A DNA stretch of 59,051 nucleotides from Thermoplasmatota archaeon (GTDB lineage Archaea; Thermoplasmatota; SW-10-69-26; JACQPN01; JAJPHT01): the NCBI GenBank assembly GCA_035687045.1, contig DASRYU010000050.1:1-59051 (forward strand). Reading direction: 5' to 3'. Shown here piece by piece: positions 9,524 to 17,799 of the stretch (position 1 is the stretch's first letter; each line of letters starts with the position of its first letter). The translations under genes and the position numbers were made by a program. The notes under the pieces are model-generated. The model worked only from the letters and a program-made list of their open reading frames with translations. It did not search any database and was not told the DNA's origin.

Positions 9524-9591
9524 GACCCGCGGACCCGAGGACCCGTGGACCTCGCACATCCATGGTCCTCGGGTTCTCGGGTCCTCGGGTC
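9524..9591. repeat. 68-bp imperfect palindrome built from 8-bp tandem units: (GACCCGNG)x3.5 - 12-nt centre - (CTCGGGTY)x3.5
   Basis: The arms 9524-9551 and 9564-9591 are reverse complements at 25 of 28 positions. The element lies between the metallophosphoesterase stop (9635) and the Lhr TATA-like box, so it may be a terminator or insulator hairpin. Confidence 0.8.
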
Positions 9592-9634
9592 AAGCCCGGA
9601 GGGCTGGGACTGCCGCTCGATCACTCGATCCAGA

Positions 9635-10450
9635 TCACTCGATCCATCCCGGCCGTCGCTGCACCTTCTTCGCGCTGCGCCGCACGCGCTTGTCCTCGTC
9701 GCGCGTGAAGCGGCGAAGGGCGGGAATGGTGCCAAGATCCACGCCGTCGACGGTGAAGAGGCGCGCGGCGTCGAGGTCGACGAGGCCGTTGCCGAAGAGC
9801 GGCCCCAGGAGGCTCTCCCCCTCGCGCGCGTTGAACGCGGTGCCGCCGGTGAGCTCGTTGAACGCGGGCATCACGATGAGCTGCGCGCCCTCGGGCAGGT
9901 CGGGGTAACGCTCGCGCGCCTTCGCGGCGAAGGGTGCGCGCACCCAGCACGCCTCCTTGTGGCGGTGCCCCAGCTCGTCCATCAGCATGACCGCGGGGTG
10001 GTTGTGGCACGTGACGACCGTGGGCACGCGCATGATCTCCTCCGCCGGCCACGTGTGCCCGTGCAGAAGCGCCACGTCGCCGACTAGGATGCCCTCGGTC
10101 GGATGCGTCTCGACGGCGAGGATCCCCTGGAGGTCGATGTCGTGGTTCCCGGGCACGAGCTCGACGTTCGCGGGGAACTGCGCGAAGAAGTAGGGGAGCT
10201 CGCGCGCCTCCTGCCTCGTGCTGAACGGGATGCGGTGCTTGAGGTCCCCGATGACGACGAGGCGGCGCGCCTGCGTCTGGTGGAGGAGCGTGAGGAGGCG
10301 CGAGCGCATCCGGTCCGTCTGGCTCGGGAGGTTCACCCCCTTCGCGCGCAGCTCCGTCTCGAGCCCCACGTGGAGGTCGCCCACGACGACGGTCGCCTCC
10401 TCGGGAAGATGGAGCGCCCGCTCGCCAAAGAGGGGCATGGCGCTCGTCAT
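9635..10450 (-). CDS. Calcineurin-like metallophosphoesterase (ligase/helicase-associated MPE/PdeM-like, 271 aa)
   Basis: - Motifs GDLHVG, GDLKH, GNHD and LLHGH.
- Located directly upstream of, and co-directional with, the Lhr helicase gene. Confidence 0.75.
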   Translation of the reverse strand: MTSAMPLFGERALHLPEEATVVVGDLHVGLETELRAKGVNLPSQTDRMRSRLLTLLHQTQARRLVVIGDLKHRIPFSTRQEARELPYFFAQFPANVELVPGNHDIDLQGILAVETHPTEGILVGDVALLHGHTWPAEEIMRVPTVVTCHNHPAVMLMDELGHRHKEACWVRAPFAAKARERYPDLPEGAQLIVMPAFNELTGGTAFNAREGESLLGPLFGNGLVDLDAARLFTVDGVDLGTIPALRRFTRDEDKRVRRSAKKVQRRPGWIE

Positions 10451-10473
10451 CGCCGAAAGATGACCTCAACAAC

Positions 10474-10480
10474 GCTTATG
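10474..10480 (+). promoter_or_regulatory. TATA-like box GCTTATG, 25 nt upstream of the LVIVD-protein ATG
   Basis: GCTTATG-N25-ATG(10506). Lies in the short divergent intergenic region. Confidence 0.4.
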
Positions 10481-10505
10481 TGGGCTTCGGCCGGCTGGCG
10501 CCTCC

Positions 10506-11807
10506 ATGCGCCTCCTCGCCGCCCTCCTGGGCGCGCTCACGCTCGCCGGCTGCCTCGCCCCCTCCGCCGCGCAGGACCCGCTCGACGCGGCCGCCGCGCA
10601 GCCCCTGGTCGACGTCCTCGCCGCGCTCGAGGCGGGCGAGCCGAGCGCGAACCTGCGCCTCCTGGGCGAGTGGCGCAACAGCGGCAGCGAGATCGCCGCG
10701 CACGGCGACCTCGTCTACGTCATGCGCTCGGGCACGGTGGTCGTGCTCGACGTGAGCGACGTCTCGAACATCCGGGACATCGCGACCATCCAGGGCCCGC
10801 ACCGCGTGCTCGACGTCAAGCTCAGCGCCGACGGCAAGTACCTCTTCGTGGGGGACGACGACGAGGGCGCCATCGAGCCCCTCGCGTCCGCGCGCCTCGT
10901 CGCGGGCGGCCTCTACGTGTACGACGTGGAGGACCCGAAGGACGCGCGGCTCGTCGACTACCTGCCCATCGGCCCGCGCCGCGGCCCGCACATGGTCTTC
11001 TACCACCAGTACCCCGACGGCCGCGAGGTCGTCTTCGGCGCCAACGCCGACATCAGCATCAACGCGTTCGACCGCGAGGCCGGCACGCTCACGACGCTCG
11101 CCCGCTACGAGCCGGACATCGTCTTCGGCTACAACCGCCACCCCTACGTCTTCGACGTCCTCTACCAGGGGTGGGCGCACGACATGTTCGTCCAGACGGA
11201 GCCCGACGGCCGCGTGCTCATGTACGTCGCCAACTGGGACGCCGGCCTGCGCATCGTCGACGTCACGGACCCGGCGAGCCCGCAGGAGCTTGGCGGCTGG
11301 AACAGCTTCGGCGACGGCGAGAGCGGCAACCTGCACACCGTGAGCGCGGAGTGGATCGACGGCCGCCGCATCGTCGTCGGAAGCGCCGAGGTCGGCTTCG
11401 CCGTCGTCGGCGGCATCGGGTACGCGCAGGGCGCCGAGCCGGGCATGCTCTACGTCTGGGACGCGACCGACCCCGCCGACATCCAGCTCCTGGGCACGTG
11501 GGAGAACCCGGAGAAGATCAAGGCCGGCGGGCGCCCCGTGCTCGACAAGGGCGTCATGTCCACGCACAACCTCCAGCTCGAAGGCGGCCTCGTCTACCTC
11601 GCGCACTATGCGCTCGGCGTCTTCGTCGTCGACGTCTCCACGCCCGAACGCCAGGCCGCGCCGGAGGCGGTCGCCTACTACCGCGAGCCGGGCATGAGCA
11701 CGTGGGACGTCATCGTGCACCGCGGCATCGTCTTCTCGTCGGGCAGCGAGGGCGTCCTGGGGCTCGACTTCCCGAACGACGCGGTGGACCTCTCCAGCCG
11801 AGCGTGA
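10506..11807 (+). CDS. LVIVD-repeat beta-propeller protein, predicted secreted lipoprotein (433 aa)
   Basis: - Signal peptide with lipobox (LTLAGC).
- Repeated (V/I)xV(L/V)DVSxP-type motifs: VVVLDVSDVSN, LRIVDVTDPASP, VFVVDVSTPE. Confidence 0.7.
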   Translation: MRLLAALLGALTLAGCLAPSAAQDPLDAAAAQPLVDVLAALEAGEPSANLRLLGEWRNSGSEIAAHGDLVYVMRSGTVVVLDVSDVSNIRDIATIQGPHRVLDVKLSADGKYLFVGDDDEGAIEPLASARLVAGGLYVYDVEDPKDARLVDYLPIGPRRGPHMVFYHQYPDGREVVFGANADISINAFDREAGTLTTLARYEPDIVFGYNRHPYVFDVLYQGWAHDMFVQTEPDGRVLMYVANWDAGLRIVDVTDPASPQELGGWNSFGDGESGNLHTVSAEWIDGRRIVVGSAEVGFAVVGGIGYAQGAEPGMLYVWDATDPADIQLLGTWENPEKIKAGGRPVLDKGVMSTHNLQLEGGLVYLAHYALGVFVVDVSTPERQAAPEAVAYYREPGMSTWDVIVHRGIVFSSGSEGVLGLDFPNDAVDLSSRA

Positions 11808-11874
11808 CGGCGTCGTCGCGTCATCGCGGGGGGCCTGCGCGACGCGCTCCGCGCTACGGAACCGCGGACTGTCG

Positions 11875-11883
11875 CCTTTTTCC
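11875..11883 (+). promoter_or_regulatory. TATA-like box CCTTTTTCC, 24 nt upstream of the LLM oxidoreductase ATG
   Basis: CCTTTTTCC-N24-ATG(11908). Confidence 0.4.
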
Positions 11884-11907
11884 GCCGGAGCGCACTCGAA
11901 AGCGACC

Positions 11908-12930
11908 ATGGAGATCGGCCTCTTCAGCTTCGGCGACATCCTCGCGCACCCGGTCACCGGCGTCGCGCCCACGGCGAAGCAGCGCATGCGCGAGCTTGTC
12001 GAGATGGGCGCCCTCGCGGAGGAGGTGGGGCTCGACGTCTTCGCGCTCGGGGAGCATCACCGGCTCGACATGGTCGTCTCGTCGCCCGCCGTCGTGCTCG
12101 CCGCCGTCGCGGAGCGCACGAAGCGCATCAAGCTCTCGAGCGCGACGACGCTCCTCAACACGCTCGACCCCGTGCGCGTCTACGAGGACTTCGCGACGCT
12201 CGACCTCCTGAGCGGCGAACGCGCGGAGCTCATCGTCGGGCGCGGCTCGTTCACCGAGAGCTGGGACCTCTTCGGCTACGACATCAAGGACTACGACGCC
12301 CTCTTTGCCGAGAAGCTCGGGCTCGTCCTCGAGCTCAACAAGAGCGAGCGCGTCACGTGGAGCGGCAAGTTCCGCTCCGCGCTGCGCGACGCTGAGATCG
12401 CGCCGCGCGCGACGCGCGAGCTTCCCCTCTGGATCGGCGTCGGCGGCACCCCGCAGAGCGCGGCGCGGGCGGGCGCGCTCGGCCTCCCGATGAGCCTCGC
12501 CATCCTCGGCCAGCCCGCGCGCTTCGCGCCGTTCGCCGAGATCCACCGGCGCGCGGCCGCGCAGGCGGGCCACCCGCGCCCGCGCCTCGCCGTCGCGAGC
12601 CACGGGCTCATCGGGGACGATCGCGCCCAGGCGCGCGAGGAGTTCATCGCGGCCTGGGGCGGCATCATGGAGCGCGGCCTCCCGAACCGCTTCCCGCCGC
12701 GCGCCATCCCGCGCGAGTACCTCGAGATGGAGGCGGACCTGCAGGGCGCCTTCTTCGCCGGCGACGCGAAGGATATCATCGCGAAGATCAAGTGGCAGCA
12801 CTCGGTCCTCCAGCACGACCGCCTGCTCCTCCAGTTCGACTGGGGCGGCGTGCCCTTCGAGAAGGTGAAGCGCTCCATCGAGATCCTCGGCACCAAGGTC
12901 GCGCCCGCCATCCGCAAGGAGCTCGGCTGA
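11908..12930 (+). CDS. LLM-class (luciferase-like) flavin-dependent oxidoreductase (340 aa)
   Basis: Typical family N-terminus: MEIGLFSFGD...VFALGEHH...LSSATTLLNTLDPVRVYEDFATLDLLSGERAELIVGRGS. Confidence 0.85.
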   Translation: MEIGLFSFGDILAHPVTGVAPTAKQRMRELVEMGALAEEVGLDVFALGEHHRLDMVVSSPAVVLAAVAERTKRIKLSSATTLLNTLDPVRVYEDFATLDLLSGERAELIVGRGSFTESWDLFGYDIKDYDALFAEKLGLVLELNKSERVTWSGKFRSALRDAEIAPRATRELPLWIGVGGTPQSAARAGALGLPMSLAILGQPARFAPFAEIHRRAAAQAGHPRPRLAVASHGLIGDDRAQAREEFIAAWGGIMERGLPNRFPPRAIPREYLEMEADLQGAFFAGDAKDIIAKIKWQHSVLQHDRLLLQFDWGGVPFEKVKRSIEILGTKVAPAIRKELG

Positions 12931-13130
12931 GCCCTGCACGCGACGCTCCGCGCGCGGTCGGCCGAGCCCGGGGAGCTCTCGCCGTCGCTCTCCCCCTGCG
13001 GCACGTGCGCGTTCGCCCGCCCTCCGCCGGGCCTTCTCGCCGTGGGCGTCGGCCACCCGCCCGTCTCCATCCTCGCCCAGGCCGCCCTCTTCGCCCTCTG
13101 GCCGCGAGCCGCCCGCCGCCCCCACGAAAC

Positions 13131-13140
13131 GCTTTTATCC
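13131..13140 (+). promoter_or_regulatory. TATA-like box GCTTTTATCC, 47 nt upstream of mature tRNA-Asn
   Basis: It is the only AT-rich element in the 258-nt GC-rich spacer. The geometry implies a ~22-nt pre-tRNA leader, matching tRNA-Leu. Confidence 0.5.
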
Positions 13141-13187
13141 GGTTGGCCCACTGCCCGCGCGTCCCCCTTCGGTGGGGGCATCCAAAC

Positions 13188-13260
13188 GCCGCCTTAGCTT
13201 AGCCGGTAGAGCGTGGGACTGTTAATCCCAAGGTCCTCGGTTCAAATCCGTGAGGCGGCG
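13188..13260 (+). tRNA. tRNA-Asn(GUU): tRNA-Asn (anticodon GTT), 73 nt, no encoded CCA
   Basis: - Hand-folded cloverleaf: acceptor GCCGCCT/AGGCGGC, D stem GCTT/GAGC, anticodon stem TGGGA/TCCCA, loop CTGTTAA.
- T arm CTCGG-TTCAAAT-CCGTG, with one U:U mismatch at 50:64.
- Discriminator G. Confidence 0.9.
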
Positions 13261-13465
13261 CTCACCCTCCAGAGAGCCGCGCGCCACGCGCCGCGGCTTC
13301 CCCTTGGCTCCCGGCGCCCCAGAACGGGCGTCGCTCGCGGGCACTTTTCCGTCGTTCAACGTCCGGTCCACAACGGTGAACCCGCCTCGGCCAGGCTGCG
13401 CGCCGTTCGCGTCGCCTCGGATCCGCGAACGTATCGAGGATACGTATGCCCGTGGAGGTACCGTG

Positions 13466-14632
13466 ATGCCCGCTGACGCCCTCTCCCGTCGCATGAGGCC
13501 CAGGACGAACCCCGCCGCAAGCTCCCGCGCCGCGCTCACGCTCGCGGTCGCGCTCGCCGCCATGCTCGCGGGGTGCGCGGACGCGGTCGACCCCGCCGCC
13601 GATGCCCCAGGCACGGCCGCGGGGGGCGTGAAGCTCGAGTTCGAGCCCGCCGCGGGCGGCGGCGTGGCGGACGCTCCGCACGTGCACGACTACTGGGCCG
13701 GCCGCGAGCGCGTGACGCTCCTCGACGAGGACTTCACCGTCCAGCCGCCCACCGCCCTCTTCTGGGGCGCGGCGACGACGCTGTTCCTCGGCGAGACCGC
13801 ATTCGGCGGCGCGTTCGTCTCGTTCCCCGAGGGCGCCATCGTCTACGAAGGGACGGGGCGCATGGAGATCACCGTCACGTGGACGGACCCGAGCATCACG
13901 GGCATCCGGTTCCTTCACCGCCACGCCGGCAGCGGAGAGCTCCAGCCGTGGATCGAGACGCCCAACGGCGACACGGTCGTGCTTGACGTCGCGCCCGAGA
14001 TGACCGACATGCCCCACGCGCAGGCCTCGCGCTGGGGGTTCCTGATGACGGCCTCCGGGACGCCCGCCGTCGCCGTCGGCACGTTCAGCGTGCGCATCGA
14101 CATCGTCAAGATGCGCGACGTCGCCGAGTGGCCGGCGCACCCGGACCTCTGGGACGGCGAGGCGCGCCTCACGGTCCTCGACGCCGAGGGCGAGGCGCCC
14201 GCGCGCGTCGCGCTCACCGAGGTCGCCGACACCGGGCCGTGGGCCGTCCCCGCGGACACGCTCCCGGCGCAGCGCCTCGTCCCCATGGAGGCAGGCACGC
14301 TCCGCGTCACCGTCACCATCCTCGACCGCGAGAGCGCCGCCGGCATCGACGAGATCCGCCTCCTCGCACGCACGGCGAACGACGTGGCCTTCGACTTCAC
14401 CGACCAGGGGAAGCCGGTCGAGGCGAGCGACGACGGGACGACGTTCACGTGGGAGCGCGCCATCGAGATGGACGAGACGGACAACCCCTACGCCGACGCC
14501 AGCGCGTGGGGCTTCCGCGTCGTGGCGCGCGCCGTAAATGCGCCGCTGCCTTACTGCGAGCACGGCTGCTATCAGGCCGAGCTGCGCTATCACATCCACG
14601 CCGTGGTGGAGAAGGCGACGCCCGAGGCGTGA
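13466..14632 (+). CDS. Secreted lipoprotein of unknown function (388 aa)
   Basis: - ATG 13466 is preceded by GGAGGT.
- N-terminus MPADALSRRMRPRT...LAAMLAGC: an Arg-rich n-region plus a lipobox.
- High GC3. No family recognised. Confidence 0.55.
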   Translation: MPADALSRRMRPRTNPAASSRAALTLAVALAAMLAGCADAVDPAADAPGTAAGGVKLEFEPAAGGGVADAPHVHDYWAGRERVTLLDEDFTVQPPTALFWGAATTLFLGETAFGGAFVSFPEGAIVYEGTGRMEITVTWTDPSITGIRFLHRHAGSGELQPWIETPNGDTVVLDVAPEMTDMPHAQASRWGFLMTASGTPAVAVGTFSVRIDIVKMRDVAEWPAHPDLWDGEARLTVLDAEGEAPARVALTEVADTGPWAVPADTLPAQRLVPMEAGTLRVTVTILDRESAAGIDEIRLLARTANDVAFDFTDQGKPVEASDDGTTFTWERAIEMDETDNPYADASAWGFRVVARAVNAPLPYCEHGCYQAELRYHIHAVVEKATPEA

Positions 14633-14643
14633 CGCCGGTGGAG

Positions 14644-14676
14644 GCGCGCGGCCCGGCTTGATCCGGGCTCGCGCGC
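14644..14676. terminator. GC-rich stem-loop (13 bp, one bulge, 6-nt loop) between convergent genes
   Basis: GCGCGCGGCCCGG-CTTGAT-CCGGGC(T)CGCGCGC. It lies between stop 14632 (+) and stop 14732 (-). No flanking T-tract, so the terminator role is tentative. Confidence 0.4.
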
Positions 14677-14731
14677 GGCGGAGCTGGGGATGCGCGCGCT
14701 CCGCGAGGTGACCCTTGGACGTTCCCGAGGC

Positions 14732-15196
14732 TCAGAGGCCGAGAAGCGCGCCGAGGCTTCCCGAGAACTGCGCCAGGAGGTGGCCCATCACGTCGAGCAT
14801 GCCCTCGAGCATGCCATCGACGCCCACGCGCGTGCCGTCGACGCTCACGCCGGCCGCCGCGTTCGCGGCCGCGTCCACCGCGCCACCCACCTCGGGCAGC
14901 TCGGGCACGCCGCCCAGCGGGGCGAGCGCCGCGTCCGCGTGCGCCGTCGCGTCGGCCGCGAGGGCCTCGGCCGTGGCCTGCGCCTCGGACACCGCATCGG
15001 GCGTCTCGGGAAGCGCGGGAAGCTCGGGGAGCGCGGCCGTCGCGCTCGCGTCGGCCGACGTGGCGCCGGCGTAGGAGGCGCCGTTCTCGCTCGCGTGGAG
15101 CGCGCCGTCGGAGGAGGCCGAGGCCGCGGCGCTCGCGTGCTCGGACTCGATGCGGGTGTTCGCGTTCAGGGCGTTGGTGAGCCGGATGTCGCTCAT
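14732..15196 (-). CDS. Ala-rich acidic hypothetical protein (154 aa)
   Basis: - Very high GC3 in this frame compared with the overlapping plus-strand ORFs.
- ATG 15196 (alternative ATG 15223).
- Low-complexity Ala/Asp/Glu body with a repeated PELPxxP motif.
- Amphipathic C-terminus GMLEGMLDVMGHLLAQFSGSLGALLGL. Confidence 0.45.
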   Translation of the reverse strand: MSDIRLTNALNANTRIESEHASAAASASSDGALHASENGASYAGATSADASATAALPELPALPETPDAVSEAQATAEALAADATAHADAALAPLGGVPELPEVGGAVDAAANAAAGVSVDGTRVGVDGMLEGMLDVMGHLLAQFSGSLGALLGL

Positions 15197-15341
15197 GGCC
15201 CTGAGTGGCACCGCGAGGGTCATCCCCACGTTGGATGACGCGGGAAAACGAGGCGCGCGTCCGGCACGCGTCAAGGAGCCGTGCCGATGCGACGCGACCC
15301 CTACGAGAACGGCTAAGGGGGGCCGCGGCCGATGCGAGAGG

Positions 15342-16556
15342 GTGCGCGCGGGCTGGCTCGTCCCCCTCCTGCTCCTCGTCGCCGGTTGCACGGCGCCCCC
15401 TTCGGGCACGGACGCCGCCGGCGGTCCCTTCCTCGTCGCGCACGCGCCGCCCCTGGCCGCGTGGGGGCAGGGGTATGCGGGCGCGGGCACGGGCGCCGAG
15501 CCCACCGTCCTCGCGATGCGCGCGCACGACGCCGTCGTCGTCGGCACGTTCTTCACGACGTTCCGCAGCGAGGACCTCGGCGCGACGTGGGTGGAGAACG
15601 GCGACCCGCTCTTCCCGATGTTCCCCTTCATCGACGGCATCGCGCTCGCCGAGGACGACGCGGGCGGGCTGTACGCGGCGTCCATCAACGGCGTCGTCGT
15701 GAGCGTCGCGCGGAGCGCGGACGAGGGGCGCACGTGGGACGTGCACGGAAGGCTCGCGGCGGTCGACCGCATCGCCGACCGGCCTTGGGTGGCGGCGCGC
15801 GGCGCGAGCGAGGTCGCCATCGTCTACAACACCGGCAGCGGGACCGCGTGCGCGCGCTCCCTCGACCGCGGCGCCACGTGGACGCTCGCGCAGCTCTCGG
15901 CGCGCACGCCCGGCATCGCGGGCAACCTCGTCTTCGACGCGGACGGCGCGCTCTGGTACGCGAGCAACCGCAGCATCCACCGCTACGACGTCCCGTGCGC
16001 GGGCCAGCCGGCCTCCATCGCCCTGCCGCAAGGCGGCGCGCAGATCTTCGTGCAGGTGGACGTCGACGCGGACGGCGCGGTCTACGCCGCGATGCCGAGC
16101 CCCGACAACACGCAGATGTGGCTCTTCGGCGCGCGCGGTCCCGGAGGCGCGGACCAGCGCCTGCTCGCGGTGTCGCCGCCGGAGCTGCGCACGAACACGT
16201 TCGGCAGCGTCACCGTCTCGCCGACGGGCGAGGTCGCGGTCGCCTGGTACGCAAGCGAGACGCAGGGGCGGCCCGACCGCGACGGCTTCAACGGCACGTG
16301 GAAGGCCGCGGCCGCGCGCGTGTCCGGCTTCTGGAGCGACGCGCCCGACGTCAGCTCGCGCGTCGTGGACGAGGGGCCGCTCTATCGCGGGCCCATCTGC
16401 ATGGCCGGCTCCCACTGCACGCAGCGGCGCGACATGCAGGACTACCTCATGGCGGACCTCGACGCGCAGGGGCGGCTCTACGTCGCGTACACGAACGCGA
16501 GCGCGCTCCCGCCCAGCGTCCACGTCGCGCGCTGGGATCCCGCGCCCGCCCCGTGA
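15342..16556 (+). CDS. BNR/Asp-box repeat (sialidase-fold) secreted lipoprotein (~404 aa)
   Basis: - Asp-box motifs SEDLGATW, SADEGRTW and SLDRGATW.
- Lipobox LLLLVAGC.
- The start was placed at GTG 15342, just before the signal peptide (ORF opens at 15150), and is uncertain. Confidence 0.65.
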   Translation: MRAGWLVPLLLLVAGCTAPPSGTDAAGGPFLVAHAPPLAAWGQGYAGAGTGAEPTVLAMRAHDAVVVGTFFTTFRSEDLGATWVENGDPLFPMFPFIDGIALAEDDAGGLYAASINGVVVSVARSADEGRTWDVHGRLAAVDRIADRPWVAARGASEVAIVYNTGSGTACARSLDRGATWTLAQLSARTPGIAGNLVFDADGALWYASNRSIHRYDVPCAGQPASIALPQGGAQIFVQVDVDADGAVYAAMPSPDNTQMWLFGARGPGGADQRLLAVSPPELRTNTFGSVTVSPTGEVAVAWYASETQGRPDRDGFNGTWKAAAARVSGFWSDAPDVSSRVVDEGPLYRGPICMAGSHCTQRRDMQDYLMADLDAQGRLYVAYTNASALPPSVHVARWDPAPAP

Positions 16557-16568
16557 CGGTGCGCAACG

Positions 16569-17366
16569 TTGACGCTGCCGCATCCGCCTCGCCCACCGTT
16601 GCCCTCCTCGCGCCGCGCCGACGCGCACGAGCTTCCGCCCTCGGCCCCGAGCGGGTGGGGGCGGCACGCGGCCGTCGCGGCGCTGGGGGTCGTCCTCTCC
16701 CTCCTGTTCTGGCGCAGCCGGATGGAGTGGGACCCGGAGATGCGGCTCTGGAAGGCGACGGGCGACGCCTCGTTCGCGCTTCTCGCACTGGCCATGCTTG
16801 TCGGCCCGCTCGCCGTCCTCTGGGCGCGAGCGAAGCGGCTTCTCGCGTGGAGGAGGGCGCTCGGCGTGTGGTCCGCGCTCCTGGCGCTCGTGCACGCCTA
16901 CCTCGTGTGGGACGGGTGGGCGCGCTGGTCCTTCCAGCGGCTCCTGGGCTACGAGGACCTCCGCGGCGCGGGCGTGCCCGAGCCGGTGCTCACGATGCCG
17001 GGCTTCGGCCTCGCGAACCTCATGGGCCTCGTCGCGCTCGTGCTGGTGCTCCTTCTCGCGGCCGTCTCCTCGGAGCGCGCGCTCCACGCGCTCGGGCCGC
17101 GCGCGTGGAAGCATCTCCAGCAGTACGCCTACGTCGTGTTCTACCTCGTGGGGCTCCACACGGCGTACTTCCTGTTCCTCCACTACGAGCTCAGCCTCCT
17201 GCAGCTCGCGCTCGGGAAGGCGCTGACGCCGCCGAACTGGTTCCGCGCCTGGTTCGTCCTCCTCGTCGTCGCGGTGCTCGCGCTGCAGGCCGCGGCGTTC
17301 CTCCGCCTGGCGTCGCGGCGGCGAGACGCGAACGGGCCGCCCGAAGGTTCGCCGCGCGCGCGTTGA
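16569..17366 (+). CDS. Ferric-reductase-like / MsrQ-like transmembrane protein (265 aa)
   Basis: About 6 TM segments with conserved His residues in TM helices ([20 protein letters not shown]). TTG start. Confidence 0.5.
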   Translation: MTLPHPPRPPLPSSRRADAHELPPSAPSGWGRHAAVAALGVVLSLLFWRSRMEWDPEMRLWKATGDASFALLALAMLVGPLAVLWARAKRLLAWRRALGVWSALLALVHAYLVWDGWARWSFQRLLGYEDLRGAGVPEPVLTMPGFGLANLMGLVALVLVLLLAAVSSERALHALGPRAWKHLQQYAYVVFYLVGLHTAYFLFLHYELSLLQLALGKALTPPNWFRAWFVLLVVAVLALQAAAFLRLASRRRDANGPPEGSPRAR

Positions 17367-17457
17367 GGCGCGGGCGACGCCGCGCGTGCGTCAGCCTCAC
17401 ATACGCGGCCGCGGCTTCAGGCGCGTGCCCGAGACGAAGCGGCCCCGCATCTTCGGG

Positions 17458-17799
17458 ATGAGCTTCGCGAGCGTCTACCCGCTCTACGTCCAGAAGGCGG
17501 CGCGGAAGGGGCGCACGAAGGAGGAGGTCGACGAGGTCATCCGCTGGCTGACCGGCTACACGCAGCCCGCGCTCGACGCGCAGCTCGCGAAGGGCACCGA
17601 CTTCGAGGCGTTCCTCGCGCAGGCGCCCCAGATGAACCCCGCGCGCACGCGGATCAAGGGTGTCGTCTGCGGCGTCCGCGTCGAGGACATCCAGGACCCC
17701 ACGATGCAGGGCATCCGCTACCTTGACAAGCTTGTCGACGAGCTCGCGAAGGGCAAGACGATGGACGCCATCCTGCGCAAGCGCGAGGCTCAGCAGTAG
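17458..17799 (+). CDS. DUF2200-family protein (113 aa)
   Basis: [34 protein letters not shown] is the conserved DUF2200 N-terminus. ATG 17458 was chosen over the upstream GTG 17386. Confidence 0.7.
   Translation: MSFASVYPLYVQKAARKGRTKEEVDEVIRWLTGYTQPALDAQLAKGTDFEAFLAQAPQMNPARTRIKGVVCGVRVEDIQDPTMQGIRYLDKLVDELAKGKTMDAILRKREAQQ

Noticed and set aside
9619-9646. Perfect 14-bp tandem duplication (GATCACTCGATCCA x2) spanning the stop codon of the metallophosphoesterase gene
   Set aside because: It is real in the sequence, but most simply a replication-slippage scar that duplicates the last codons and the stop. The reading frame terminates at the first TGA either way, so no functional claim is justified.
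15342-16556. Functional link between the BNR/sialidase-fold lipoprotein and the nonulosonic acid operon (sialidase acting on the cell's own NulO glycan)
   Set aside because: The genes are more than 20 kb apart, separated by unrelated functions. Asp-box propellers occur in many non-sialidase proteins, and no catalytic Arg-triad or Tyr/Glu residues could be assigned by eye.
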